A program made the translations under genes and the position numbers. A DNA stretch of 63,177 nt, counting the filler, from Vannella sp. (taxonomy: Eukaryota): NCBI GenBank assembly GCA_023345925.1. It is 5 parts of 5 records of this genome, joined end to end, with 100 filler letters (N's around TTAATTAATTAA, not from the genome) between each part and the next. Parts side by side here need not be neighbours in the genome. Positions count along the whole stretch, not along the records: positions 31,292 to 48,314 come from JAJQQN010000050.1; positions 48,415 to 56,830 come from JAJQQN010001007.1; 3 more parts are not named here. One strand, written 5' to 3'. Below, piece by piece: positions 36,322-48,898 of this stretch (the first letter of the stretch is position 1; every line of letters begins with the position of its first letter). The notes under the pieces were generated by a model. It saw only the letters and a list, made by a program, of their open reading frames with translations. It made no database searches and had not been told where the DNA came from.

Positions 36322-36530
36322 CGACCCACGAACAAATAAATGCCCTCACCGGCAGAAACCCCTCATTCTCCTTTGAGTCACTCCAAGTCCTGCGAAAGAA
36401 CGCACCAGTAAAGCTGTAGGAAGTTTATGCTTCCTTGGTTTAATCCGATGCTTAGCTTTGGGTTGCAACAAGCATCCCACGTTGGATTCTTCATTTTTTC
36501 TGCTCTCTTGACCCGTAAGGCCTTTACCAA

Positions 36531-38963
36531 CTAAAGAAAGTCTCGGACCTGGACAGTACGACGGACTGCGTTAGTGTGGCCCTCTTGGAACTTGAAGAAC
36601 ACTGAATGTGCACTGTACTTTGAGTATTTGGTCGGAGAACTTGGAGCTGGAGCTCCTCCCGTCCCCCTTTCGGAGATTCCTGAAGATACCAAACGACCAA
36701 AAAAGTCTTTCCGTTGCGTGGTTTTGCCAGCCGCAGTTATGGCATTGTTCCTCTCCACTGCAAGGTTGGAAAGCTCCTGAGCCCTCTGACGTTTCTCTTC
36801 TGCAGCTTTCTGTCGAGATTCAGCCCGCCTTTGTTGGAATGATTCTTGAAACTTGGCTTTCTCGATCTCCATAGCTAACATGTGCCTTTGTGTGTTCAGT
36901 TGGCCAGTATTAGCTTTCTCCTGCCCCTCCAAATGGCCGAAACCAGCGAGCTTATCCATAGGTCTGGAAAGGTCAGTTCAAGTTCTCGCTGAGAAGCTCA
37001 CTTACGGATCAAGACGATACACTAAGGTGCGCTCGTGAGTGATTGGATCCACTTCTTGCTCTGAGAGATAACTCATTCCAAAGGTAGTCATCAATTGGAC
37101 GACTCGCGAGTTCTCTTCTCTCTCCTCTTCCGTCAATGAGTGGCCGTGTGAGGCTTTAGCGTGGCGAGGAGTGATAATACTCATCAGGTACGATGCAAAG
37201 TCAGCTGTAAGGCCGCCCTGGGGATAAGTTCTGAGAACGGGAGACTTCAATCCCATCAAGAAGGAGCTTTGGACATTCTTGCATTCGCTTATCCTCTGCT
37301 GGAGCTGCTCCCAGTCAGTTTGGTTGTTCCCAATGAATCTGTACATACTTGATTCATCTCCACAGGGTAATGGAGAGCCGGCTCTGTCTCCTGGGGGATC
37401 GTTTGAGTGATCTTTAGAAGCCCAAATGAAGCGTATTGCTTCATGCGGTGCGCCATATCGCCAGACCATGCAATCCAGTCACTCATAGCCGATGTCTAAA
37501 CCTATTAGTAGTCCCAAAGAAGGATAGAACGCGCTCACCTTCTCCATCGAAGTGTCAAGATAGCGCATTCCCAAGTAGTGAGAGTGACAGCCTTCCACAA
37601 CCTTCTCAATGTCTCCGTGGCAAGATATCAAGTTATTCAAATGAAAGAACGGAGAGAGAGCCTCTCCGGCATCCTCTTTGGAGGGAATGCCGCCTAGTCC
37701 CTTCACTAAACGGTCCTGAAAGAGCTTCTTCTTGTGCTGGGGGTGGAAGATTTGATCCCAAACTGTAAAGATACTCTTTGATGTGTCTTTTTGGCCCACA
37801 GTAGACTCTCGAATGGTGTCCGAAGTCACTTTTTGGTTCCTCCTTCGCATGAATTGGAGCGTGTTCAGGCATGAACGGATGTCATTGTCCGCCAGGGAGC
37901 AGAGACCACTTAGAGTATGTGCATCTGTAGATATGCCCTCGGCCTTGCACACTTCCAACAAGCGGTTGCAGAGAACAGCGGTCTTTGGTTTCTCCAAGCG
38001 GTAAAGAAGCGCATAGCGCCTCAGTTTGCGCAGTGCAGGGGCATATGGGTCGTTACATACACAGATGATAGGTCTTCGTAGGGGTTTCTTAGTACCGGAG
38101 GCTAGCTCGATCAGTATCTGAGCTACCCCAGACCCCTCTGAAGGAGAGATTCCGTCTATCTCGTCGATGATGAGTAGGTTGGGCTTGCGATCCCCAAAGA
38201 CAGAAGCCATCTCTATCGCTGCTTCCATCTTTGGCTTGAACTTGCCCTTAGTGCGGTCATCACTCGCGTTAATCTCAAGAGGGTGGTAGCCACTATGTTG
38301 TGCGAGGATGTGGGCCAGAGTTGTCTTCCCTATGCCAGGTAAACCTGATAACAGAAGTATCCTCTTTTCAGGGCGCGTGTCCTTTCCAGGTTTGGTCGAG
38401 CCTTTAGAGAAGACCACTTCATCCCACTGCTTGATCCATCTCAATACGTCCCGATTGGTCCTCTGAGCCGTGGCTGAGTACGCAAATGGGTTTCGTATGT
38501 GTAAGTACTGACCTCATGACTAAGGAGGTCCCGAAAGCGGGAAGGAGCGTATTTGTCCACCCAAAGTTGAGAATGCTGCTGCGAATGCTCTCCAATGGGA
38601 GGAAGGGAAGGTACTTGGGTACGCATTTTGGCCACAGAGTCCTTCATCTTCGATATAGACTGAGGAATGAGGGTCCCGCTGAGGAGCTGGGGCGAGTAAT
38701 CGCTCTGCCCAACCAATCAGCTCTCCTTTCCTGCTTCGATAAGACTGTTCGAGCTTACTTCATTCGCTTGCTCGCTCGTGTCAAGCTCAGAGTACACAAC
38801 CTTACTCTCAGAGCTCGTTATCGTAAAGACATTGTCCCCAAAGTAAGCCCTCTTCACCTCTGTCGCTTGATAAGTGAGCAAATCAAGCCAGCTGCCAGCT
38901 CATCGCACCTGCGGTTGGTGCTTCCTCCTCTTCTAGCAGAGAGGCTCTCCTGCGCTTGCTCAT
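36531..38963 (-). CDS. CTF18: Chromosome transmission fidelity factor 18 (RFC-like clamp loader subunit, spliced)
   Basis: LWVDKYAP, GLPGIGKTTLAH, EINASDDR, IIDEIDG, RPIICVCND and DIRSCLNTLQF; C-terminal KDFFGR..FKFQEGHTNAVRR. Confidence 0.93.
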
Positions 38964-39130
38964 CCTTGGAAGAGCACGAGCAAATGGTCTAGAAAGGCCA
39001 ACCGCCCGCCTCGTTTGCCGCCAAAACGAGTTGTGGGAGTAACTAACGTTTATGAGCTGTCAGGCTATGTACAGTGATGCAAGAGGTCTATGGTCAGTCC
39101 AAGTGACACACAGAGGGAAGGTCTGACGGC

Positions 39131-39499
39131 TCAGTTAGAGAGAAACTCGTTCTCTTTGTCCTCCTCGAAAGGGAAGGAGCCCACTGGCTTGCGAGATGGT
39201 TGGAAGGGAGAGTCACCAAAGCGTGGCTGCTCAATGTGGAGCTCCTTCTGGCGGCTGCGAAGTGTTTCAACAGGCGTGCGGATTGCGCTGGGCGACCGTG
39301 GGTCCCAGAACTCTTCGGAGGACTTTTCAAGAGGAGTACGGGTCACACACGTAGAGGGAGAACGGGGATCAAAGGCAGAACTGGCTACTGGCACCTGCTG
39401 AGGAGTCCGGGTAGCAATGGAGGGAGACCGCGGGTCAAGGAAGGACGAAGGCGAAGGTGAAGAAGGCTCGCTTGGCATAGTCGATTGTTGAGAACCCAT
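39131..39499 (-). CDS. CDCA3/Tome-1-like microprotein (122 aa)
   Basis: MGSQQS myristoylation-type start, three DPRSP..RTP repeats and a C-terminal DKEN box. Confidence 0.65.
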   Translation of the reverse strand: MGSQQSTMPSEPSSPSPSSFLDPRSPSIATRTPQQVPVASSAFDPRSPSTCVTRTPLEKSSEEFWDPRSPSAIRTPVETLRSRQKELHIEQPRFGDSPFQPSRKPVGSFPFEEDKENEFLSN

Positions 39500-39690
39500 G
39501 GTCGAAGACGATAGAGCAAACTGAGAACTCAGAGGATGACTAGGAACGTCTAAACCGTCCGGCAGTTGACTGACTTTCCCGCCCTTCCCCATTTCCTCAC
39601 GTGGAAGGGAAGACTGTAAGGTGTGAGTCTTTAGTGGAACAAAAGAGCGATGATGGGTCAGGACAGAAGGCCAAGAAGCAACGTAGTGGC

Positions 39691-40944
39691 TTAGTAGAGG
39701 ACCTGCTCGCGGAAGAACTTCTGCAGCCGATTGCTCTTGACACCCACTTGCATGTGCTCTTTGTAGTAGCGAGTATTCTGTGCCCGCTGTGCAGAGCGCT
39801 CCTTAGGGGTGAGAGAAGTCTTCCACCCAAGCGTGTGGTAGCGATTGAGGACTCGCGCGGTCGCGTTAGGGTCTCGATTCACCATGCGGCGGAAGTTCTG
39901 CTTGTAGTAGACCATCAGATCACGGTGACCAATGACCTTGCCGCTGGCTAACGTCAAACCGAAGCCTCCCTCCTCCAAACCAACCACTCCCTTTCCAGAT
40001 CGGAGAATGAGCTGTTGCTGCTGCTCGGGTGTAATATCAAGCTCGGGGTCGATCTCACCATCTTCCATACCCTCCCACGTCTTGCTAAAGTCATAGAACT
40101 CTTCAAACTCCTCGAGATCCTGAACGTCATACCTCAGTCTTCCATGTGTTAGACTGTTCATGTGGTTCTGGACGGCCTCTGTGGTCCGGAAGATCTTGTC
40201 GCAGTACAAGCAAGAGTTTCCTGTGCCAATCTTCTCTCCAAGATAGGAGATTAAGCCTTCCAGGTCTGTGACGAACTCCAAGTCAGGAATGTACAAACCG
40301 TGCTCCTTGGCCATATGTTCGATGTTCCTGGTGTCCTTCTGTCAGTATGGAAGGCTTTGTAAGGGCTCACGTACTCATCAAAGCCGGTGGAAGAGTGAGG
40401 GCAAATCAAACATTCGTTCAACTCGAACTTGTGGGCATTGCGGACCTTCTCAGCAATGTAGTCCTCTTCAGTAAGTGCTGTTGTATCGTTTTCTTCCTTC
40501 TTGTTCTCTTCTGAAGCCTCAATAGGCTTCTTAATGATCTGAGAAGATGCGCCTTCCAGGTTGTCGTCGTCTGCGAGATCACGCGCCGCCTGCTTCTTCT
40601 CCAAGTGCTTCTTGGAGTTCACGTGCACATCGTAAGTACCCTTGTTGGAGAACTTCTTCCTGCAAGACAGAAAAGGGTCAGTTTCCACTTCCCTGTCATG
40701 ATCAAGGACGATCTACGCACTTGCAGAGGGTGCAGTACCCAGAAAAGACCTCAGCTGTAGTTTGTTTCTCTTTAAGCTCCTGAACCTTCTGTTCAAAGAG
40801 CTCTGGAGTCACTGGAGGAAGACCAACAACTTTCCTCTTCAGATTGAATCGATGGTAGTCCGTCTTGTAGTGATCCCGTTGCTGTGCAGGGTCTTCAAAC
40901 GTTTGTCTGCAAGCAATACAAGTCAACAGATCTGATTCATCCAT
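39691..40944 (-). CDS. REI1: Cytoplasmic pre-60S factor REI1/ZNF622 (spliced)
   Basis: TCIAC..QRDHYKTDYHRFNLKRKV, HGLYIPD..LISYLGEKI..CLYC and GHRDL..YYKQ. Confidence 0.92.
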
Positions 40945-41439
40945 CCTCCAACCACCGAAGAAGGGATGAGAAGTAATGCAGAAAGCGGCTTTCTTATCGA
41001 ATGCAGCTTCTAGTTCCTTTTCTTACCAAGAACCTCTTTTAGAGGGATTACTGAAGCCTTCGTCACGAACCATTTGGTTTTGTCTTGCTCGGTCCGTCCT
41101 TCGTGCCTATTTCCACTCTTCTTGGTTTTGTGCAAGTATCTTCTGAAATTCGGAAAGGTTGGAGAGGGAGTGAAGGACCAAGAGCACATGAAGGGCTGTA
41201 CCAAGCACACCATTTCAATCCACCCTGGATGACCATCTCTGATTGAAGAACGGAGTGCACCACCTTCACTTGAACCGGCAAGGGTATTCAAGGGGATTCA
41301 GCCACTGCTTGCATCCTCTTCAAAGTTCCACAACAAAGCGAGACAATGAACAACAACACAACGATAAGAAGAGCAAGCAACAACACCAACAATGTTGCAT
41401 CATCATTGTAATTCGAAATTTTAGTGCGAAAATTCGCAA

Positions 41440-41511
41440 GTTCCAGTAGCGCAATGGAAGCGCGTTTGGCTTCGAACCAAAAGGTTGCGGGTTCGAGTCC
41501 CGTCTGGGACT
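41440..41511 (+). tRNA. tRNA-Arg (anticodon TCG)
   Basis: GTTCCAG/CTGGGAC acceptor stem, GCGC D-stem, TTTGG-CT TCG AA-CCAAA anticodon arm, GCGGG-TTCGAGT-CCCGT T-arm; TTTTT terminator just downstream. Confidence 0.95.
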
Positions 41512-41535
41512 TCATTTTTCGGAAGGAGGAAGGAA

Positions 41536-44500
41536 ATGGCCAGCGGGGAGCTACCATATGGTTATCAAGATGATGACGTATTTGACTCTCTGGGTACATC
41601 ACACCACTCAGAAGAGAGTGATTCAATGTCCTGCTACTCTTCAGATGACGGTGGGGATGGCTTTATCGCTCTTTCTCCACTACGAGTGGATTCTCCTCCT
41701 CCTTTGAGGTCTTTGGGGCATGGAGGAGGAGAACAGGAGGCTTCTTTTCTTCGCCACAAGGTGGGGGAATGGAATGAGAAGTTCCAGCAGTTAGTGGAGC
41801 GAACCTACTTCCACCACGATGTCACACGCTCAGCTGAACAACAGCACGCCCTCACAATCACGCTCCGGCAGCTTTCCGTCCGCTTTGCAGAGGAAGCATC
41901 TGCGATTGGCGTTCAGATCGTTCAGGAGATGGTAGGGACAGTATGACCAGTGTGAGCAGAAAGCTGACTCGCTGTAGTTCTTGCCAGCCTCTCAGAAGAA
42001 TATCCAGCCCATCACTGATCGTGTGGGTGGATTGGCTGGGGGAGAGAAGTTCCTCTTCAAGTCTATCTTCTTCAAGTTCCCAGTGGATAGCAATAGCCTC
42101 TACGGAGGGGACTTTTTTGCCAACAAGACCGCTGAGGTGAGTCAGCACCCACGGGAAAGGGCCTTTTGATCTGATTAGATATGTAGCATGAGCTAAAGGG
42201 ATTAATGGGCATATTGGATTGCCGAGTCGATGGCCTTCACGTTCCTCTAACAGCATTAGTCAATTATCGAGGCTACTCTCTCATCGCACAGAGCTGGTTA
42301 CCTGTAGATAGTCAGACAATTGTCTACGGCACATCAGATGGTGGAAAAACCATTTATGGAAGCAATGAGGGCTTCAATGCCCGGATGAAGCAAGTGGCAG
42401 AGCAAATTAATCTGAAGCCTCACCAAGTTTGGAATTCTTCCCGGTCCTACTCCCACACGCTATTCGGACCAGCAGATTTGGAGGGCCATGTCGGTTCTGA
42501 TGGGCGCTGTTATGTTTTAGACTGCTCTCGACTCTTCCCACCCTGCGCACCCCACAAGAGCCTGAAAAGCACATTTCTTTATCGCTTAATGAGGCCCGAA
42601 TTTGTCAAGCGCTGGGAGACACCATTATCCTCTGATGCGTTCTCCAAGTTTGGGAGAGATTTCGAGTCAAAACAGCATAATCTGGAGATCTTAGAAGCTA
42701 CAAATGCTCTAGAAACACAGGAAATACCCTCTTTTGCGCGCCATCTAGATCAATTGCGGGAGAATCGTGATCAAAAGAAAGGAAGGGGTGGCGCTTTTCA
42801 AGAAATCCTTTCATTTGCTGAAGAATTACCTCAACTAATAGTCGATATGCATCTCCGCGGAATCAATGCGCGGTATCTTTTACTCCTATTGCTCCATTTA
42901 CAACATCCATACAACCGTGCTCTCACTCTTACAGAGCTTATAGCTCGTCACATCAAGAATAACGTAAGGAATAAGTGGCGCACTCTTGGAACTAGCCAGG
43001 ATGGAGGTGGTGATGAGCCGTATCTGCGCGTGGTGTGTGATTATTTTAACCAAATCTTTGGGAGCAACTCTCAGTCATTCTGGGAAGGCATTGCAGTCGA
43101 GATAGACTTGCAAAAACTCCCTCTAAGAGATTATCACATTGAAATGGCACTGCCCCGGGATATACGGGCAACTGTCAGTTTAGTGGCCCTATTTTCTCGA
43201 CTTCAAGACCTCTTAGGACTAACTTTCGATCTCCCAACACAAACAAAGCTCATTGAAGATCTCTTCTGCCAGCCCTCTCCTTTTAACTCGTCCCTTACAA
43301 AGGAGTTAGCTCCGAAAGTCAAGTACTTGAACAGAGTCACTTTTGAAGAAGGCACAGCCCTTTCTCGCCTTGCCATGCTTCCCAGTAAGACGGATAGAGA
43401 AGCAGTTGAGCTATTGAAGCAAGCTTGTGAGAAGTACAAAGAGTCTCTGGCTGTCCGCCCGAACGACAATCACGCGTTATACAATTGGGGGTTGTCTTTA
43501 TCTTTGTGTGCTTCTATGAGCCCGAAAGAATCGCACGAGCTGTACAATCTTGCAGCGAAGAAGTTCAAGAAAGCTCTCATACTCAATCCTAACGACCGAC
43601 GAGCTCTCTTCATGTGGGCAAATATGTTAAGTGAACAATCGAGATCACTTCCGGATGAAAGCCGCCGCCTCCAACTCCTTAAAAAAGCATGTGAATTGTA
43701 CCAAAAGTCATTAAGACTACTTGGATATGGAGAAAGTGACTTCGAAACGGAGTACAATTGCGGTGTGGCCTACCTTACACGAGCTAACTTACTCGCTCGT
43801 CTGCCAGAGTCCCCTGACGAAGAGTTATTGGGGATTCTAACAACTGCTTGTCGCCACTTCAAAGCAGCATTGCAGATTCAGCCAGAATCAGTCAACGCGA
43901 TCCATAACTTGGCTGTGTCAGTGGCTAAACGAGGGAGAGTTTTAAGGGATCCAGAGCAACGCCAAGCAGAGTATCGCCACGCTTTCCAATTGTACGAGAA
44001 AGCAAGCCAATTAGATCCCAAAAGCACCAATATTGCATTTGATTGGGGCAATGCCCTCTATAGGTTTGCTCTAAGTCTTCAAGTAAAGGCCAGCGCAAAT
44101 CTCTTTGGGGGAGGCGAAGTGAGGACCGTACAAGAGTCTCCTCATTCTCTCTTCCAACTTTCGTTTGAACAGTACCATCATGCTCTTTGTCTGGACATCA
44201 GCTTCTCGCCAGCTTTCATCAATCTTAGTTTAGTGCTATCCTCCTTGTTGAGTTTCCCATCAGCCAGGCAAATGGATGCTCAAAAGATACTTTTGGACTG
44301 CTCTGACGACTATTTGTCGCTTCTCCCTCTTTTCTTCCACTCAAGACACACTTTGGATGATAAGAACGTATCTGCAGCTAGCAAGACATTGCTGATGCTC
44401 CAAAAGAAGTATCAGAACTTCCCTAACATTGCTGGCAAAGTGAATATTGCATTGGGATTGATTGGACACTCTTCGGAAGGAGCCACTCAAAGTGGTTCGG

Positions 44501-45936
44501 AGATTCGTTCGAGTGATCTAAAGGACTCCTCTGGAGCCACACCAACGCATCCAGATTCACCGAAGCAGCGTAGTCGAAGCCGAGGATCCTCTTGTCCTGA
44601 CGCTGTTGTCTACGAAGAAGAACAGACAGATCATGTACTCCGCACCTCCTCTGAGATGAAGAAAGAAGCACCAGACGATATCTCTGGTACTTCTCCCTCA
44701 AAGAGTCCAAGGCGTGGAAACGTGCTTGCCCGATTCGCGTCAAAACTTCTGCGCCGGAAATCAAAGAAAAGTGGATTGGTCGAGCCGGAATCCCCGCGCC
44801 AAGTATCCAGCCGCTTCACTCCTGGACCACCAATGACTCCTGCTAACCAAGGGTCTGAGTTAATGATCCCCTTGGCGTGGGAAAGTGAGTTCCTACTCTT
44901 TTCTACACTTCCTCCTGAGCGGCTGGAACTGAAAGATCTTTATGTTCAACAGAAGATAGTCACTTTGCCAATGGGTCCGCTGTTCCTTGTGCATCTGGGA
45001 ACTGGGATAGAAGCAGAGAACTTTATGCTTTTGGTAATGGAAAAGTCTCAACTGGAGATGCAAGAGCAATGCACCATCCTCGAACATCCCAATGTTATCG
45101 CCCTTCGAGCTCTCTTTCATGCAGCTGACAAGCTCTATCTCCTTTATGATGCCATCGCTTATCCATTTCTCCCTTTCTGTAGGACAGTGAATCCTTCAGG
45201 GCCTTCCATTCCAATCTATCTGGCTCAATTACTTCTGGCCTTGGAGTTGACAGATTCTCATGTCCAGGACGGATGGTCGCGCTTCCGGCTCACTGGGGAC
45301 CGTATCTTTGTCAATTCTGCAGGTCGCTTACAGTTGTTATGTATGAATGACTGGCCAAGGTCGGAGATAGGGAAGGAGGAGGACATCCAACAGGGTTTGA
45401 AGTTCTCCTCCTTACTGTATTCCTCTCCCGAACTCCTTCGGGGGGAGCCATCTGCCACTGATATTTGGTGGAGCTTTGGGATTGTATGTTATCAATTGAT
45501 CTGCGGTCGCACACCGTTCCCCAACGAGTCAGTCCACGACATCTTCCAGCTGATGAACCCGAACTTTAACATGCCGATTCCCCCCTTCGTCAGCGGCGCC
45601 GCACAGAATCTCATTCAAAGCCTTCTGTCAATCTCCATAGAGAAGAGACTAACCAAAGCAGCGGACATCAAAACGCATCCGTTCTTCGGGACGATCCAAT
45701 GGTACACCGTTTCCTCCCAATGCGAGTCTCTTCCACTTCCCACCGATGCCACTGACTTGACCAGCCCCTCTACAATATCTCCCTTCAATGGAACCTCCCT
45801 AGGCTCCCAAGAACGCCCCTCCCGGTCCGTAGAAGACAGCATTCGACTCGGGCAACCGCTCGACACTCTCATTGCCCCCGCTCTTAAAGACGGCTGGGCG
45901 GGTCTCACCCTTCCCAACATCTTTCAAAAGCCCTAG
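41536..45936 (+). CDS. CLU-domain + TPR + AGC-like pseudokinase protein (spliced)
   Basis: CLU motifs GGLAGGEKF, HELKGL, YGTSDGG, DLEGHVGSDGRCYVLDCSRLFPP and RLMRPEFV; TPRs (ALYNWG, FDWGNAL); kinase C-lobe YSSPELL, WWSFGI, GRTPF and KTHPFF. Confidence 0.85.
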
Positions 45937-45985
45937 TCCTTCTCCAGTGTACTGATAAAGCCCTGCGGCCCAACCTCATTGTCTA

Positions 45986-47189
45986 ATGGCGGCCCACGGG
46001 GAGCAGTGGTGCACGATCGAGTCTGATCCTGGTGCGTGTGTTTAGTGGGTGAAAGGGAGGTTCTGATGGGAAGGGGAGGTGTGTTTACTGAGCTTATCGC
46101 GGAGATTGGAGTGGAAGACGTCCAGGTGGAGGAGCTTTGGAGCTTCGACTTGGAGTCCCTGCAGATGCTCAAGTGAGTGGCCCTGCGTTACCCTGCCGCT
46201 TGTTCAACGATGGAGAGGTAACATCTGTTACTAGGCCTGTCTATGGACTTGTGTTCTTGTTCAAATGGCGCCCGGAGGAAGATACGCGCCCCATCATGAC
46301 AGACTACGACATGAACGAGATCTTCTTCGCTAACCAGGTCATCAACAACGCCTGTGCCACACAGGCCATCCTCTCCATCCTTCTGAATGCCAAGGGAGTC
46401 CGTATTGGCCCCAAACTGGCGGAGTTCAAGGAGTTTGCGCAACTCATCCCCTCTGATGTGAGTTCGACCGCTCCTTGTCGGCTCTGGGCACTCTCTGAAG
46501 CTTCTTGAAGATGAAAGGACTAGCAATTGGCAACTGCGAACAAGTTCGGGTGGCTCACAACGCCTTTGCCCGGCCTGAACCGCTGATATCGGATGGGGTA
46601 TCTTCCTCGAGCGGTAAGGACGATGAAGTGTACCACTTCATCAGTTACCTTCCTATTGGTAACTACATGTACGAGCTGGATGGTCTCAAGGAGGGCCCAG
46701 TCCAACTGGGCGAGTGCACGGAGGAGAATTGGCTAGAGCGGGTCATGCCAGAGATCCAGAAGCGCATAGAACGCTACTCTCAGAGCGAGATTCGCTTCAA
46801 CCTCATGGCACTCATCAAGCGGCCTATCAGCACACTCGAAGAGCGAATCCATTCTCTACAGGCAGAGAAAGAAGCCCTTCTTTCTCAGGTAGGGACCTAC
46901 GAACCCCTCTCAGAGAGTCTAACACTCTATCTAGGTCTCAGAGAATGCCATGGACGTTGAAGGAGAGACACCACAGCTTCCAGAAGGAGTCCAGGCGCAG
47001 GTGAATCACTTGAGTGAGCAGATTGCCGATTGCCAGCAAAAGATATTCGAGGAAGGCGAGAAGCTTCAGCGCTGGAAGGTGGAGAATGTCCGACGGAAGC
47101 ACAATTACATTCCTTTCATCGTCAACTTCCTCAAGTACTTGGCGGAACAAGACCAGCTTCTTCCTCTCATTGAGAACACGAACAGATAA
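45986..47189 (+). CDS. UCHL5: Ubiquitin C-terminal hydrolase UCH37 (spliced)
   Basis: WCTIESDPG/VFTELI, PVYGLVFLFKW, QVINNACATQA, YHFISY, ELDGL and ENVRRKHNYIPFI. Confidence 0.95.
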
Positions 47190-47572
47190 TCCCAACAAAC
47201 TAGGTCTGACCCACTTCCGCTTATTTCCCTTCCACACGGCTTTGTGTGAACAAGTCTCATGTTCTAAAGGGTGCTTTGAGAAAGCTCCTTGGCAGGGTTG
47301 AGTGGGGAGAGTCTCTAAAAGAACGGTAACGCCTGAGTGATAAGAGACTAATTGAAACGGATCTCCCTGTTTCCCAGTTCTACTTGAATTGATTGAAACC
47401 AAAAGAATTCAAAAGTTCTTTGAAATTGCTCCCAAAAGTGGAAAGACGCTTGGAGCGCTTTATGTTCTGTCTCCTGTTATGATGGAAAGCCAGAAATGGC
47501 TTTTTGTAACCAAACAAGAAAGATTGAGGTTTGGGGAGCGGAAATTCATTTTTTGTGGCTCCTTTGATACTA

Positions 47573-48114
47573 ATGAAGCCGGAAGCGCCCCAAGGCACCA
47601 TCAAGGGACTCCGTGCTTACGTGAAGAGTGTATTTGATCTATTTGATGAGGATCAATCGAACAACATCGATGCGGAGGAGTTCCGTAAGCTTTGCATTGA
47701 ACTGGGCTACTTCTTTGAGAGTTCGGAGGTACGTCCGCCCTCTCCTCTGTTCCTTTGGCCGTGAGTCTTAGCGACATCGTGTAGTTGGCCACTGTCTTTT
47801 CTATCATTGATAAGGATGTGAGCAAGACCATCGAGTTTGAGGAGTTCTGGACCTTCTGGCAAGACAGCGGGCGTTTCAACATTCAGAACGAGGCAAAGCT
47901 CACTCTCTACCGTGCTGCTATTGCCATGTTCCGAACGTACGACTTGGATGGTAATGGGACTATCTCCTTGGACGAGTACAGAGAGCTTGCCAAGACTGCC
48001 AACTGGGGCAAGACCGACGACGAGATCAAAGAGGCGTTGGCTTCTTTGGACACGGACGGTGACGGAGTTGTTTGCTTCAATGAGTTCGTAGCCTGGTTGA
48101 ACTGGGGACTATGA
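47573..48114 (+). CDS. Calmodulin-like four-EF-hand protein (one intron)
   Basis: Loops DEDQSNNIDAEE, DKDVSKTIEFEE, DLDGNGTISLDE and DTDGDGVVCFNE. Confidence 0.9.
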
Positions 48115-48314
48115 GAGCCTCTTCACTTGCCTCTGCCCCTCTGGTCAGTGAACTAAAGTGAATCAAGCAAGTGACCGCATTCCCGGTTTATCATTCAGGC
48201 CTTTCACACTTGCTTGATGGTGCTGGTGGACATCTCATGCATCTCGTAGTTCAGAATACTTCGGCCCTCCTCGCCCCTTCCCGCTTCCAAGTCGAGATCT
48301 CCTTTGGTATGGCT

Positions 48315-48414
48315 NNNNNNNNNNNNNNNNNNNNNNNNNNNNNNNNNNNNNNNNNNNNTTAATTAATTAANNNNNNNNNNNNNNNNNNNNNNNNNNNNNN
48401 NNNNNNNNNNNNNN
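48315..48414. other. Artificial contig linker
   Basis: N44-TTAATTAATTAA-N44. Confidence 0.97.
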
Positions 48415-48856
48415 AGAAGGAGAAGGAGAGTGGTGAAGTGGACTTCCGGCAGTACACTCCCCTCTCGATTAGTGACCAATTCGAGAAGTTCTCCCTGATT
48501 TCAGGTATGTGGCATGGAATGCAATCGAGCTCTGCTTGGACTAACACAGTGTAGACTATCTGGGCCGTGCAGATAGCAGCATCTCTCGCTTTGTACCTTG
48601 CTTGAAGTTCACTGAAGCCATCGCAACGAACCAAAGCCCTCAAGAGAAGGAGGCCTGCGCCGAACTGCGCCGAGCCGCAGAGTTCGAGTACCGTTCCGAG
48701 GAATGCTGGCGTTCCTACCTCACCCAAGTACGCCACTGCCGTTACTCTAGCAACCCAGGTGCTTGTGCAGCCTCTTTTGTTGGTTTGGAGACGGAATGCT
48801 CCCTCTATGGACTGGAGGCTCACAAGGCCACCCAAGCGGTCATCCACAAGGAATAA
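48415..48856 (+). CDS. 5'-partial hypothetical Cys-spaced helical protein
   Basis: Open frame across a GTATGT..CTAAC..TAG intron; two CX10C pairs. Confidence 0.5.
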
Positions 48857-48898
48857 GGCGAATTAGCTCCACTGTGCCCTTTATTCGCTCCTCTCCTC

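Noticed and set aside
41440..41511. tRNA as a UGA suppressor or tRNA-Sec
   Set aside because: The anticodon is TCG, with a normal 7/5 fold and short variable loop: an ordinary tRNA-Arg.
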